DNA of 64,000 nt from Mytilus edulis (Eukaryota), in the NCBI RefSeq assembly GCF_963676685.1, contig NC_092346.1, forward strand, positions 88,784,001 to 88,848,000. The letters are read 5' to 3'. The translations under genes were made by a program, and so were the position numbers. Below are positions 42,141-54,711 of this stretch, in pieces (position 1 is the first letter of the stretch; each line of letters starts with the position of its first letter). The notes beneath the pieces were generated by a model. The model saw nothing but the letters and a program-made list of their open reading frames with translations, was not told the DNA's origin and made no database searches.

Positions 42141-43299
42141 ATGGTTTCTAAAAATAAAGAATGACAGATTTTATTTGGATTTTATAGAAAGAGAGAAATG
42201 AATAAGAGTAGTTTTCTTGAAGTCTGGACATGCATGATAACTTTGCCTTCTGAAACCTCTCAGCCGCAGTATAAATGTTAACGCTGCAACAAAACGAGGG
42301 ATTATCAAACAATTGAAAGACAGTACGAGTGAAAGAGAATCATTACAATCCATGAGTGTTACCAGATTCAGATTGCTATACAACAGAAGGAGAAAAGATA
42401 TGATTCGACAATTAAAGAACTTGATAATCAATTGATACTAGTAAATAAAATGGGAAAGTCTGAATGCGTCTCAACGAACGATGGAAAAATGAAGACAGGA
42501 ATATATTAATATGCAGAACCATTCCGTTTGAAAACTCCCAGAAGGTAAGACGGCAGACGAACCGGTGACAAAAGGTTGGTATGCAAAGAATTATCAAGAC
42601 CTGATTGTGAACATGCAAGGGAAAATTAATACTCTGAATAAAATAATTGGCAAACATGGAACAAAGCCAAAACAGTCTAGAAATAATTCTTTAATTTTAT
42701 ATCATACTACTGAGAGATCAACACGTAGAACCGTTAGTGATTCAGTTTCCGAGAATGGTCCAAGGATTGATCTAGAGCTTGACTTTAATTAATCAAGCTT
42801 GAATACCACGGTTAACCTTTATATTCTCATATTCTTTACAGTCTTGAAAAATTATCAATTCAACACTTCTTGATAATTAATCTTTTGGAGTTCGTTTTCG
42901 TAGAAGTAACCTTGTATTTTTGCGTCATCGAAATCATTGAGACGGTAGATTCGGGTTGAGTGTTAAACTTAGGAAACAGTTACTGTAAATACTTATTCGG
43001 TCCACATAGGGCTGAACTGTTAAAGTCAACGTTCTGTTCGAATTTTGACTGTTAAAGTCGAGTTCATGAGTCCAAATAACCCCCCTCGGAAATTCCTGGC
43101 TACGGCTGACAGTGCTATCCTTATCGGTTACACAGAGGGGAAGGGGGAATCCTAGATGCATGGTGGTTGCCTTCCAAAAGGAGATAGTAACGGTCAAACA
43201 GTTAACTCATTACGCAGCCGTATTTGATCATTGTCAATTGCGGAGCATCAATGTCACCCGGCATGCACGGCATACCTTTGATAACTAGTAACAAAATCA

Positions 43300-43622
43300 G
43301 GTTAGTGCATCGGACTACTAACACAAAGGTTCCTGGTTCGATTCCCGTTTGGGATGAAAATTTCAGGAACTCAATTTTCGGCTCTCCCTTGACACCATCT
43401 GCGAGTATGGTCTTGAGGAAACGATGATAGTCCGTCGGAAGGGGACGATAAATGGCTGGCCCGTGTTAAGAGAGAGCCATATCTCTTGCACGTTAAAGAC
43501 ACCCTTGTAGATTTCGAAAAAGAGTTAGGCTAATGCCGCTACAAGGCAGCACTCGCACCCGCAAAGTGGAAAGGGATTAATATAAGTTGCAAAACTTGTT
43601 TCCCAATCCACTATAAATAAAT
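43300..43622 (+). mobile_element. tRNA-derived SINE, probably Nin/Deu-domain type, 5'-eroded
   Basis: B box GGTTCGATTCC at 43335-43345, core gtccgtcggaaggggacgataaa...gcacgttaaagacaccc, and a (TAAA)n tail. Confidence 0.7.
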
Positions 43623-44469
43623 ATGTATAAACTAAAATCAGTGGATCTTAATTATTGATTTAATACCAAACAGAGAACAATTAACTTGCGGAAAAGAAGG
43701 TATACTTCAAGCATGCTATGATGTGCTAAAAATTGGTACATCATATCCAGTTTGGTTTTTGAAATTATTTACAACGTCCTCTAGAGGCTCTCTAGAGGAT
43801 AAAAGAATCTGGAAAACATGTAATCTTAAAATGCATATGTAATGAATGTGTTGGTGATGAATATCATTATTTATGCCGAATTATACTATTTACCGGAGTT
43901 GTTATAACTTGAGGAACACGACGGGTGCCACATGTGGAGCAGGATCTCTTCACCCTTCCGGGGCACCTGAGATCACCTATGGCAAGCCGTTCTCGTCAAA
44001 ACTATGTTTAAACCATTTTTCGAAAAGTTTACACACTGAGAATTACAACAAAGCACACTGAGATTTAAAAACTTCAAAACGCACACTGAGAATTGAAAAT
44101 TACACACTGAAAATTGAAAATTACACACTGAGAATTAAAAATTACACACTGAGATTTCATAAAGACGCACTGAGATTACAAAAATGAAAAACGCACACTG
44201 AGAACTGAAAATTACACACTGAGAATTGAAAATTACACACTGAGATTTCAAAAAGACACACTGAGAATAAATAAACTGAAAACACACACTGAGAATTTGA
44301 AATTACACACTGAGAATTTAAAATTACACACTGAGATTTGTGCGCACTTTCTATGCGCACATATCTAATTAGCATACTTAATCTGAATCTATTACAAGCT
44401 TAAAACAACAAGGGGACAGAACTCGTTAGTCCTTCGATTTGGTTCCAAATTATTAATAAACAAATAATA

Positions 44470-46578
44470 GGCAGTGGCTATTTGACCGGCACCGGCAAAA
44501 TAGCAAATTTGCTATTTAGCCGGCTCTGATTAAATTATATCTAACTGGAATTAAAATTTAAGAATAATAATTAAATATCAAAATTTTCTATTTAAAATCT
44601 GTTGTTACTGTTGATCAAATAAACACTTAAACTTCTTATCTAAAAAAAACAAAAAAACTGTGTACATATCGAAAATTTGACAAAAATAAAAATATGGTCA
44701 ATCTATTATGAATAGAAGTGAAGTAATAAGATAAATTAAAAATTAAAATACAAATATGATAATAGTCACTTTGTAGCTATACTACATTCCGGAAACTAGT
44801 ATACTCTTTTCATTTACGGAACCAGCATTGTGATTGTGTTGCCAATGCAATCGCAGAATGGTCTTTCAGTACCACGAGAAGACTTGAGAAATACAATTAT
44901 AATCAAGCGATTATCTGGCTTGGTCTTTTAAACAAAAACCGTGAAAAAATAAAAATTTCATCAGACACATTTTTTCAGTATAAGAAGGAAATGTTCCTTG
45001 ATTTTTAGAATTATATTTGAGAATGAAAAGGTGAACCAGGTGCTCTGCAGGGCGAAGCTATATACGACCCAAGTGGTCGAACCCTGAACAGTTGGGGCAA
45101 ATTTGGTCACAATATTCAAGCTTGATACTGTCTGAATTTGGATTGTGATCATTTTTTTTTTTTACATAATATGGGATTTTGTCACAAAATTAATGTGGTC
45201 AAAGATCTTACAAATCTATTGCACAATACTGTGCAATTGAATATTTCTTCTTAAAACTTTTCAAAATTTGAAATTTGAAAAATTTTGAAAAAAAAAGGAA
45301 TCCCTTAAAAAAATGGTTAACAAAAAAATCCCCCTCTCCCTCCCCACTTTTTGAAACCCCCATTGGAGCAATAACCCTTAAACTAAATCCCATGCTTTCT
45401 TTTGTAGTATTGAACCTTGTAGTACAATTTCAGAGAGATCCATACACTTAAACACAAGTTATCGTGATGATTGTTTGGAAACTAGAAACATGCTTCTTTT
45501 TTGCCCTTTTTAGACCCCTAAATCCTACATATTTCGGGCAATTAACCCAAAACTTAATCCCAGCCTTCCCTTTGTTATATATGGTACGTTGTGGTACAAT
45601 TTCAGAGAGATCCAAACAATTACACACAAGTTATTGTCTGGAAACTAGAAAATGCTTGTTTTGGCCCTTAATTCCTAAACTTTGGCCCATAACCTTGAAA
45701 ATGAATCCAAACCTTCTACTTGTGGTTTTAAACATTGCGATACAATTTCAGAGCAATTGAAATACTTGTACACAAGTTATTATCCTCAAACTAGAAAAAT
45801 GCTTGTTTTTGGCCCCTTATTCCTTAAACGGTTGGGACCATCATCCCCAAAATTAATCCCAACCTTCATTTTGTGGTATTGAACCTATTAACACCAGAGC
45901 TTCCAGGGGCCTTGGGGGCCTCAAGACCCCGTACCATATGACTTACCCTATCTACATACGGTAACATATGCACACAAGATGTAGATTCAAAGGAAGCCAG
46001 TGTAATGTGTAGTTCCTGTTGTGAGTGGCAACATTTATCTTATGCTAGACTAAACAACTTCCAAAGGCAAAGAATTGGTTTTGTAACAATTGCAAATGTT
46101 AAATCATGTGTCCATTTGAAATTCATAGCAAACAACTATAAATATTGTCTGTCATATCAGTTTTATGATGTAGTTTGCATAACACTATTTTTATCACTGG
46201 CAGAATATTTTAACCGTAGATTTTACACAGATTTAGATTTGAAAATCAACATTTTGTTATAAATATTTTAGAAAAAAATATATTTAATAATTTATTTACA
46301 AATGTGTGTTCATGCTTTTAATTAATATTATAAAGTTATATAAATTATTTATTTATGAAAATCTTTTATTTTTTATTGTACTGTATTTTTAACATGTTTA
46401 ATGCTTGATATTGTGATAAAATGATATTAAATTATTATTAAGCTTTTTTTATTCTCTACTAATCACATCAATGAACAGTTTTATTTAGTGCCGGCTAAAT
46501 AGAAAATTTGCTATTTAGCCGGTGCCGGTCAAATATCAAATTTGCTATTTTGCCGGTGCCGGTCAAATAGCCACTGCC
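44470..46578. mobile_element. Nested TIR DNA transposon (GGCAGTGG... TIRs of about 42 bp)
   Basis: GGCAGTGGCTATTTGACCGGCACCGGCAAAATAGCAAATTTG and its exact reverse complement ending at 46578. Flanked by ATA/ATA. Internal decayed PHD-like Cys/His fragment near 45960-46095. Superfamily uncertain. Confidence 0.8.
45034..45890 (-). mobile_element. Diverged, 5'-truncated relative of HINE family B
   Basis: aaccaggtgctctgcagggcgaagctatatacgacc...accctgaacagttggggcaa aligns by eye with 1926-2040 and is followed by similar core units. Confidence 0.7.
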
Positions 46579-47227
46579 ATAAAAAAAACTTTAGAAATAC
46601 AAGAACAAGAAAAATACCCACTTACTCTTATTACAAAATATAACCAAATGGTGAAAACTTTATTAAAATTATAAGAAAACATTGAAACAAAATGCAAAAG
46701 AATGCAGTGAAAGTGAAATTTTTACTCAAGTGTCTATTATAGCATATAAACGTAACAAAAATATAAAAGATTAACTAGCGAAATCAGGGAAACAGTTGGA
46801 AGACTTTTGAAAAGGGACCCATGTTTAATTACTGGTAGTAATGATCTGAATTATAGGCAACAAACTTATGAATATGAGCGATGTTAAGTCTTGAAATTTA
46901 TTACGAATGTTGGTTGAAGGAATCGCATTTCATAATAATGACAAGAGTTCTTGAGATCAAGATATTAATCTGTTGAATTATTCATCTTATGAATATTCAT
47001 TAGAATTTTGCATATTAATCTCAGCAGAGACATATATACACATATATATGTCTCTGATATCAGTGTGCATTTTTGAAATCTCAGTGTGAAATTAACAATT
47101 CCCAGTGTGTGTTTTTCAATTCATTTCATCTCAGTGTGTCTTTTTAAAATCTCAGTGTGTAATTTTGAATTCTCAGTGTTTTTTTGTTTTTTTTTTAAAT
47201 CTCAGTGTGTAATTTCGATTTCTCAGT

Positions 47228-47312
47228 CATCTTCGCTAGCCAAGGGTTACGATCCACTCCCGCTCTCTTGAAGAGAGCGGGAGTGGATCGTAACCCTTGG
47301 CTAGCGAAGATG
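47228..47312. mobile_element. 85-bp perfect palindromic mini-transposon with 9-bp TSD
   Basis: Two perfect 42-bp arms around a single G. TTTCTCAGT is duplicated at 47219-47227 and 47313-47321. Confidence 0.85.
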
Positions 47313-47669
47313 TTTCTCAGTGTGTTATTTTAGGTTTTTAAATCTCAGTGTGTATTTTTTTTCGAAAAAAGGGTTTAAACATAGTTTTGACGAGAACGGC
47401 TTGCCATAATCACCCCTTATTTGATTATGAGAATTTTGATCAAAATCTTTGAACATGAATTTGACAGCTAGTGCCCATTTAATACATGAATTTTATATAC
47501 TATTATTATGTGGATATATTCGTTCATCTCACGGTAATTTATATACCTATCTTCAACTGATTTGTGTACGCAGTTGTGTACAGTCTCTTTTTATCTTTGT
47601 GGTTATTAGTGAATAACTGATTGCAATGGTCACATGATAATAAAATGTCAGACGATCCAAAAACAGAAA

Positions 47670-47744
47670 ATGAGTGACAACTACTTCAGATTCCCAAAGC
47701 CTGTTTGGGTTTGCACAATTGGATTTGGCCTATACCTTTTATCG
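47670..47744 (+). CDS. TMEM254: TMEM254-like exon 1 (MSDNYFRFPKPVWVCTIGFGLYLLS)
   Basis: ATG at 47670, 75 nt, phase-0 donor TCG|GTAATT. The YF..W..I..G pattern resembles the TMEM254 N-terminus. Confidence 0.85.
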
Positions 47745-48027
47745 GTAATTTAATATTAAGATACGTAAAATTATTTACAAATACTTTAGGGAACAACTAT
47801 TATGCATTTTCAAAGGTGAAAAAAATTAAAATGTGCACACCCATGGATTTAACTTAAAAGTCCTGATCCTGCCTTACAAAAAATATTCTAATTTTAAAGG
47901 TGGAAAACATAAAATCATATGTGTCACTGCATATCACACACATAAAAAAAATTGTTCGTGAACCTGTCTAAGACTTGCATGCTTTGCTATGCATTTAAAT
48001 TTTTGTTTTTTGTCTGCCCCATTTAAT

Positions 48028-48228
48028 GAGGGGGGATAGGACCTTTATCGGGACTCCGGGATCGGGTGTTTTTAAGGTCGGGATTTCGGGATTGATCCTT
48101 TCGGGATCCGGGAATCCTTTTTTTTGGATTTCGGGACGTCGGGATTTACTTTATTTAAATTCGGGACCTTGGGAATTCGTTTTTTTAAGTCCGGGATTTC
48201 GGGATCAGGACCCCTCCTATCCCCCCTC
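48028..48228. mobile_element. MITE with 14-bp TIRs and 6-bp TSD
   Basis: GAGGGGGGATAGGA...TCCTATCCCCCCTC flanked by TTTAAT on both sides, with internal (TTCGGGA)-like repeats. A decayed reverse copy lies at about 18620-18797. Confidence 0.75.
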
Positions 48229-50824
48229 TTTAATACTAGAAAGATTTACTACACAGATTTTCTTTAATCTTGTAAAAAGTTGACACTACCAGAAAAAAAT
48301 GTCTAAAGCAGCAAAAATAAAGTAAAAAGGTTATTGTATGATGTCAATAGTTTAGGTGTCCGTGAAGTCTGAGATTACTCTGACGTCCAACAGCTGTTTT
48401 CAAGGCCCAAGTTGTCTGGCTAAACAGCCATCGGACTAAAATCTGCGGTCATTGATTTCCAATGGCAATATTGTATAAAACTCAACAAGATTGAAAATTT
48501 CCTATTCTTCAGGTATACCAAAAATTGTTATAATTGTGAATATGAGATCTTGCAAAGCTATTTTATTTTTTTCATCAATGACTTCAATAAGAGATCTAAA
48601 GGGCATACGATACAGTTTTGATTGCATGATGAAATTTTGATGAAAATTTTGATATAGGCTATTTTTTACCTGATAAAATCAAATATTGTGTAATAAAAAT
48701 TTTACCTTCATGTGCAATTTTTCTAGTAAAATGAGGTTGAAATTTCAGATATTTGCTCCGAAAGTGTGGAGTGTGGACATATTTTTCCTTTCGACTGAAA
48801 TACATATATAACTTTTTTTGTTCAAAGATAAACACAAGCTGTTTTCTGTTAGATGAATTTTATTTTCTGTTTTATATTTATAAAAATCCTATAAATCATT
48901 GCATTTTTTCTTAGAAATAACTCATATTTGAATTTAGAAAAAACGTCTTTTTTGCTGTATATTTATCAAATTAAAAAAAAATGAATTGTTGACTTTTTCA
49001 TGAAAATTGGTACAATTAATCTTCATAGTTACAAACCAAATGTCATTTTAAAATAGAGGGGTCCATGAACTTGTTTTCAAGTTAAATCAGTTTGAATAAT
49101 AAAAATCAGTCAAAAAACGCATCTTTTCTGTTGCAAAATTAACATTTAACTTTAGCAAAGTCATTACCTACCCTATAACTGATTACTAAGGAACTTATAA
49201 CTTCAATGAAGCCCTAAAAAATATCTCCTTTTATAATTTCTTAAACAAAATTAAATTTTTTACATTACCATTTACAAGTGTAATCTAAATCTTTAAAGCG
49301 GTTCACCTTAATATATTTATGTGATATTTTCTAACTCTTACTGTCAATAAATAGATAACTTCCAACTCTGTTTCTTGATTATGAATATAATTTTTAAACT
49401 GCACTTCCAAGTATTAACTCAGAAATAGAAAGTTCATTTGGAATATAGACCCATCAATGTTTTGTTTTCAATTTCAAAATACTTGTGCCAAGACATATAC
49501 ATGTTTGTCAGATATTTAGCCTCTCTTTTACAGACATTCTTTTAGTATTTCAGCTTCTTTTTTGATGAATGTTACCTCCATTAAATTGTATTTTCATTTT
49601 GCTAAGCCAAGCTGGATCCCTGAACATGTTCTACAATGACTGAATCAGAATTGAAAGCTGTTGATAAACACCACAAAGTTCCCACTATGTATTGGCTTTC
49701 TAAGTTAAAAAAGAAACCTTGCTAATCTAGTTTTATTTCTGTATCAAGTAAATTTTAAACTATACATTTTTTGGTTATTTGGACTTACTGATTTTACTGA
49801 TTTTACAACTTGTAAGGAACTCTTTGGAAAATACTTTGTTAAAGGTAATAAGTATATGTGGTCAATCTAATTAAAATTAAATCTCTCACTCGCTCATTTT
49901 TATGCTTGATCGCTGCGCTGCATTCAAATTGGATATGTGGTATGATTGCTGATGCATTAACTATCCACCAATTTGAAAGTTTAAATAAAGAGGATGGAAG
50001 CAATTAAAGGCAACTGTACAGCCTTCAACAATGAGAAAAACTCATACCATATAGTCAGCTATAAAAAGGCCCAGTAATGAAAAATAGGAAACTATATTTA
50101 ATTGAAAATTAACAGCCTAATTTATTTCAAAACAACACAACCTAAAATCAAACTAAAACATGTATAAAATTCAGTTGAAAAAACTTAACTCAACTATATA
50201 AAAAGGAAGATGTGGTATGATTGCCAATGAGACAGCTCTCCACAAGAGACCTAATGACACAGAAATTAACAACTATAGGTGAATGTACGGCCTTCAACAA
50301 TGAGCATAGCCCATACCACATACTCAGCTATAAAAGGCAAATGTAAAACAATTCAAACGAGAAAACTAACAGCTTTATCTATGTACCAGTCCATACAAAG
50401 CAGAAAATAACAAAAACACAGACCTGACATGGCATAGTATTTATAAATCCTGAACAACAAAATGACTCAAAGGTAAGCTTGTTTCAAATAATTTTTAGTT
50501 TGGTCTTATGTTGAACTGTTACACTATTGTCCCAGGTTAGATCGAGGGTTGGCCACTTCAAACACGTTTAATACTGCCGCATTCTGTTTGTTCCTGTCCC
50601 AAGTCAGGATCCTGTAATTGAGTGGTTGTCGTTTATTTGTGAATTCATATTTGTTTTTCATTTTTTGTTTTTTGTTTTTAATTGTTTGATATTTTTCCTG
50701 TCAGGACATTTTATATCTTATTTGCCTACTGTAGTTTTTCTGCATTATAACAAAAATGCTTTCTAACAGAAACACAACACCATTGTGGATATTGGCTAAC
50801 TAAATATTTTACTTTTCATTTTAG

Positions 50825-50925
50825 GCATCTACATTCAGCCCAAAATCAATTCCAAGTTTCTTAGGGCCTGTTGGAAGATTTGGAGCATACCTGGGAGAGA
50901 CATATCCAAATGGAATATTTGGATT
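50825..50925 (+). CDS. TMEM254: TMEM254-like exon 2 (ASTFSPKSIPSFLGPVGRFGAYLGETYPNGIFG)
   Basis: Acceptor ttttcattttAG, donor GTAAGT, 101 nt, open frame. F.P.SIP..LGP.G.F..YL matches the TMEM254 family as recalled. Confidence 0.9.
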
Positions 50926-51309
50926 GTAAGTCACATTCTTTGTTAATCATTTCCCTATTTTTTGTGGTCTGTAAGATATTTTTTTTATCTAATAAATCAT
51001 ATATTAGATTTAAATGTTCCAGGTTATTCGATACAAAATAAAAATTCCATATACATTGCACCAAGAATTTTATTTTTTCAATACATTTTTCAGTTAAAAG
51101 AAACTTAAAATATAGTGTCTTGAATATTATTTAGTTGAATTAAAAAAGTAGCAAATAATCAAACCTACACATAAAAAGCACATACATGCATATATATATA
51201 TTTCAAAAAATTTCAGCTTGAAATTCATATAATATAATGTTGTTGACTACATCATACTGATGATTTAATGATAATTCCTTCACAATATGACAATACTTAT
51301 TCTTTACAG

Positions 51310-51369
51310 ATTTGTGGCAACAGTGTTGATACATGCAGCTGAATCAGTATATACTGTACATCTAGCAAG
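51310..51369 (+). CDS. TMEM254: TMEM254-like exon 3 (LFVATVLIHAAESVYTVHLAR)
   Basis: Acceptor tctttacAG, donor AG|GTAATA, 60 nt, phase 2-2. Contains the LIH..ES.Y motif. Confidence 0.9.
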
Positions 51370-51462
51370 GTAATAATTGTTCTCATCACTTGTTCACTAG
51401 AAATCTGTTCAGAGTGTAAAAACTTTATTTTCCTGGAATTTTTGAAAAAGTCCTTGTTATTA

Positions 51463-51902
51463 GGTCCAGGGACACAGTTATTTCGTAGTGCATTTCTTTT
51501 AGACAATAAATTCAAATTAAAAACAATTGCACCTGCTCTATCTCAAAAAGATTTTTACAGTGTACTACTAATTGGACAAATTATCAAAATTATAGAAATT
51601 TCTACCAGCTCTAACTCAAAATATTGACAATTCTGTGTTAAGGGGGTCTAAAAGTCAGTTTGACAGCTTCAGATGTACTAATTTTTTACCTTTTTTAACT
51701 GGACCAAATCACTACTTAACATAAAGATTCAGCACCCAAATTTTTTTCAACATGTAATTTCATCCCTTTACTTAATATTTCATGCATCAAGAAATAAATT
51801 TAGAAAGTGTTTAAAAAAAAAATGCAAGTTATACACTGTTCACACTAGGGACTATATTCATAGACAACGAAAACCAAAGGGCGATAACTGTGTCCTTGGA
51901 CC
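51463..51902. mobile_element. MITE with 19-bp TIRs and 4-bp TSD
   Basis: GGTCCAGGGACACAGTTAT...ATAACTGTGTCCTTGGACC flanked by ATTA/ATTA. A diverged partial copy lies at about 4493-4885. Confidence 0.75.
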
Positions 51903-52400
51903 ATTAAACTGAAAAGAAAATATATCATATGTATCAACCTTTATATTCCGTTTATAAATTGAACAGTATTAACATTTAAATATAAGATTGGATAATTAAA
52001 TATAAAGTGGGATCGAGAAATTATTTCTTTTTTATCATTGGTTTTATCTATTTTAATTGCTGAATGTAACTTTGCACAATAATAAGATTTTTCCGAAGTT
52101 TTAAATTGTCTTAGATGTTGAATAGTTTGTTCACTATTGAATGAGTATATGGTCATGGTATTTTCAAATAAGATTACAATATTAAACTAGATACTTTAGT
52201 TCCCATATAAAACTTACTTACCCTGTTCATACCATATTGGATTACTGGAGATATGTGGAATCATTATATCATACTGACGAACCGATATTTGCATAGAGAA
52301 ACCAGTTTTGATTACTAATTTCAACATTTAACAAATGCAGTCTTATCCACCCGCTATTACCCAACCGCACGAAAACCACTTCAGGTGTTGGTTCACCATT

Positions 52401-54711
52401 TTTAGCTCACCTGGCCTGAAGGGCCAAGTGAGCTTTTCTCATCACTTGGCGTCCGTCGTCCGTCGTCCGTCGTCCGTCGTCGTCCGTCGTCCGTCGTCGT
52501 CCGTCGTCCGTCGTCGTTAACTTTTACAAAAATCTTCTCCTCTGAAACTACTGGGCCAAATCAAACCAAACTTGGCCACAATCATCATTGGGGTATCTAG
52601 TTTAAAAAATGTGTGGCGTGACCCGGTCAACCAACCAAGATGGCCGCCAGGGCTAAAAATAGAACATAGGGGTAAAATGCAGTTTTTGGCTTATAACTCA
52701 AAAACCAAAGCATTTAGAGCAAATCTGACATGGGATAAAAATGTTTATCAGGTCAAGATCTATCTGCCCTGAAATTTTCAGATGAATTAGTCAATTGGTT
52801 GTTGGGTTGCTGCCCCTGAATTGGTAATTTTGAGGAAATTTTGCTGTTTTTGGTTATTATCTTGAATATTATTATAGATAGAGATAAACTGTAAACAGCA
52901 ATAATGTTCAGCAAAGTAAGATCTACAAATAAGTCAACATGACCAAAATGGTCAGTTGACCCGTTTAGGAGTTATTGCCTTTTATAGTCAATTTTTAACC
53001 ATTTTTCGTTAATTAAAGTAATCTTTTACAAAAATCTTCTCCTCTGAAACTACTGGGCCAAATTAATCCAAACTTGGCCACAATCATCTTTGGGGTATCT
53101 AGTTTAAAAAATGTGTGGCGTGACCTGGTCAACCAACCAAGATGGCCGCCACGGCTAAAAATAGAACAAAGGGGTAAAATGCAGTTTTTGGCTTATAACT
53201 CAAAAACCAAAGCATTTTGAGGAAATCTGACGGGATAAAAATGTTTATCAGGTCAAGATCTATCTGCCCTGAAATTTTCAGATGAATCAGTCAATCGGTT
53301 GTTGGGTTGCTGCCCCTGAATTGGTAATTTTGAGGAAATTTTGCTGTTTTTGGTTATTATCTTGAATATTATTATAGATAGAGATAAACTGTAAACAGCA
53401 ATAATGTTCAGCAAAGTAAGATCTACAAATAAGTCAACATGACCAAAATGGTCAGTTGACCAGTTTAGGAGTTATTGCCCTTTATAGTCAATTTTAACCA
53501 TTTTTCATAAATTAAATTAATCTTTTACAAAAATCTTCTCCTCTGAAACTACTGGGCCAAATTAATCCAAACTTGGCCACAATCATCTTTGGGGTATCTA
53601 GTTTAAAAAATGTGTGGCGTGACCTGGTCAACCAACCAAGATGGCCGCCACCGCTAAAAATAGAACATAGGGGTAAAATGCAGTTTTTGGCTTATAACTC
53701 AAAAACCAAAGCATTTTGAGGAAATCTGACATGGGATAAAAATGTTTATCAGGTCAAGATCTATCTGCCCTGAAATTTTCAGATGAATCGGTCAATCGGT
53801 TGTTGGGTTGCTGCCCCTGAATTGGTAATTTTGAGGAAATTTTGCTGTTTTTGGTTATTATCTTGAATATTATTATAGATAGAGATAAATTGTAAACAGC
53901 AATAATGTTCAGCAAAGTAAGATCTACAAATAAGTCAACATGACCAAAATGGTCAGTTGACCCCTTTAGGAGTTATTGCCCTTTATAGTCAATCTTTAAC
54001 CATTTTTCATAAATCTAAGTAATCTTTTACAAAATCTCCACTGAAACTACTAGGCCACAATCATCTTTAGGGTATCTAGTTTGAAAAATGTGTCCGATGA
54101 CCTGGCCATTCAACCAAGATGGCCGCCACGGCTAAAAATAGAACATAGGGGTAAAATGCAGTTTTTGGCTTATAACTATGAATTCAAAGCATCTAGAGCA
54201 AATCTGACAAGAAGTTAAATTGTTAATCAAGTCAATATCTATCTGCCCTGAATTTTTCAGATGAATTGGACAACTGGTTGTTGGGTTGCTGCCCTCCAAT
54301 TGGTAATTTTTAAAGAAATTTTGCCGTTTTTGGTTATCTTGAATACTATTATAGATAGCGATAAACTGTAAACAGCAATAATGTTCAGCAAAGTAAGATC
54401 TACAAATAAGTCAACATGACCTAAATGGTCAATTGACCCCTTAAGGAGTTATTGCCCTTTATAGTCAATTTTTAACAATTTTCATTAATTTGGTAAATAT
54501 ATGTAAATTTTTACCAAATATAGTTCTCTGTTACTAATGGGCAAAGTTCATTATAGATATAATTGTAAGAAGCAAAATCGTTCAGTAAAGTAAGAACTTC
54601 AAACACATCACCATCACCAAAATACAATTTTGTCATGAATCCATTTGTGTCCTTTGTTTAATATGCACATAGACCAAGGTGGGCGACACAGGCTCTTTAG
54701 AGCCTCTAGTT
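52401..54711 (+). mobile_element. HINE family A, 4 core units (TMEM254 intron 3)
   Basis: Same termini as 13276-15090. Units start near 52521, 53023, 53523 and 54024. Confidence 0.85.

Larger units (their letters stand above)
43978..47408. mobile_element. Non-autonomous TIR DNA transposon, IS3EU-like
   Basis: TIR TATGGCAAGCCGTTCTCGTCAAAACTATGTTTAAACC at both ends. 6-bp TSD ATCACC (43972-43977 and 47409-47414). Inverted subterminal arrays of about 21 bp (acacactgagaattgaaaatt). TAY...RTA termini with a 6-bp TSD fit IS3EU. Confidence 0.8.

Noticed and set aside
43300-43350. Functional tRNA gene
   Set aside because: Only the B box and anticodon-arm-like part remain, continuing into a SINE body.
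52572-52772. Recurrent 66-aa ORF MATIIIGVSSLK... (six copies) as a gene family
   Set aside because: It starts at TTG inside the HINE core unit, so recurrence reflects repeat identity only.
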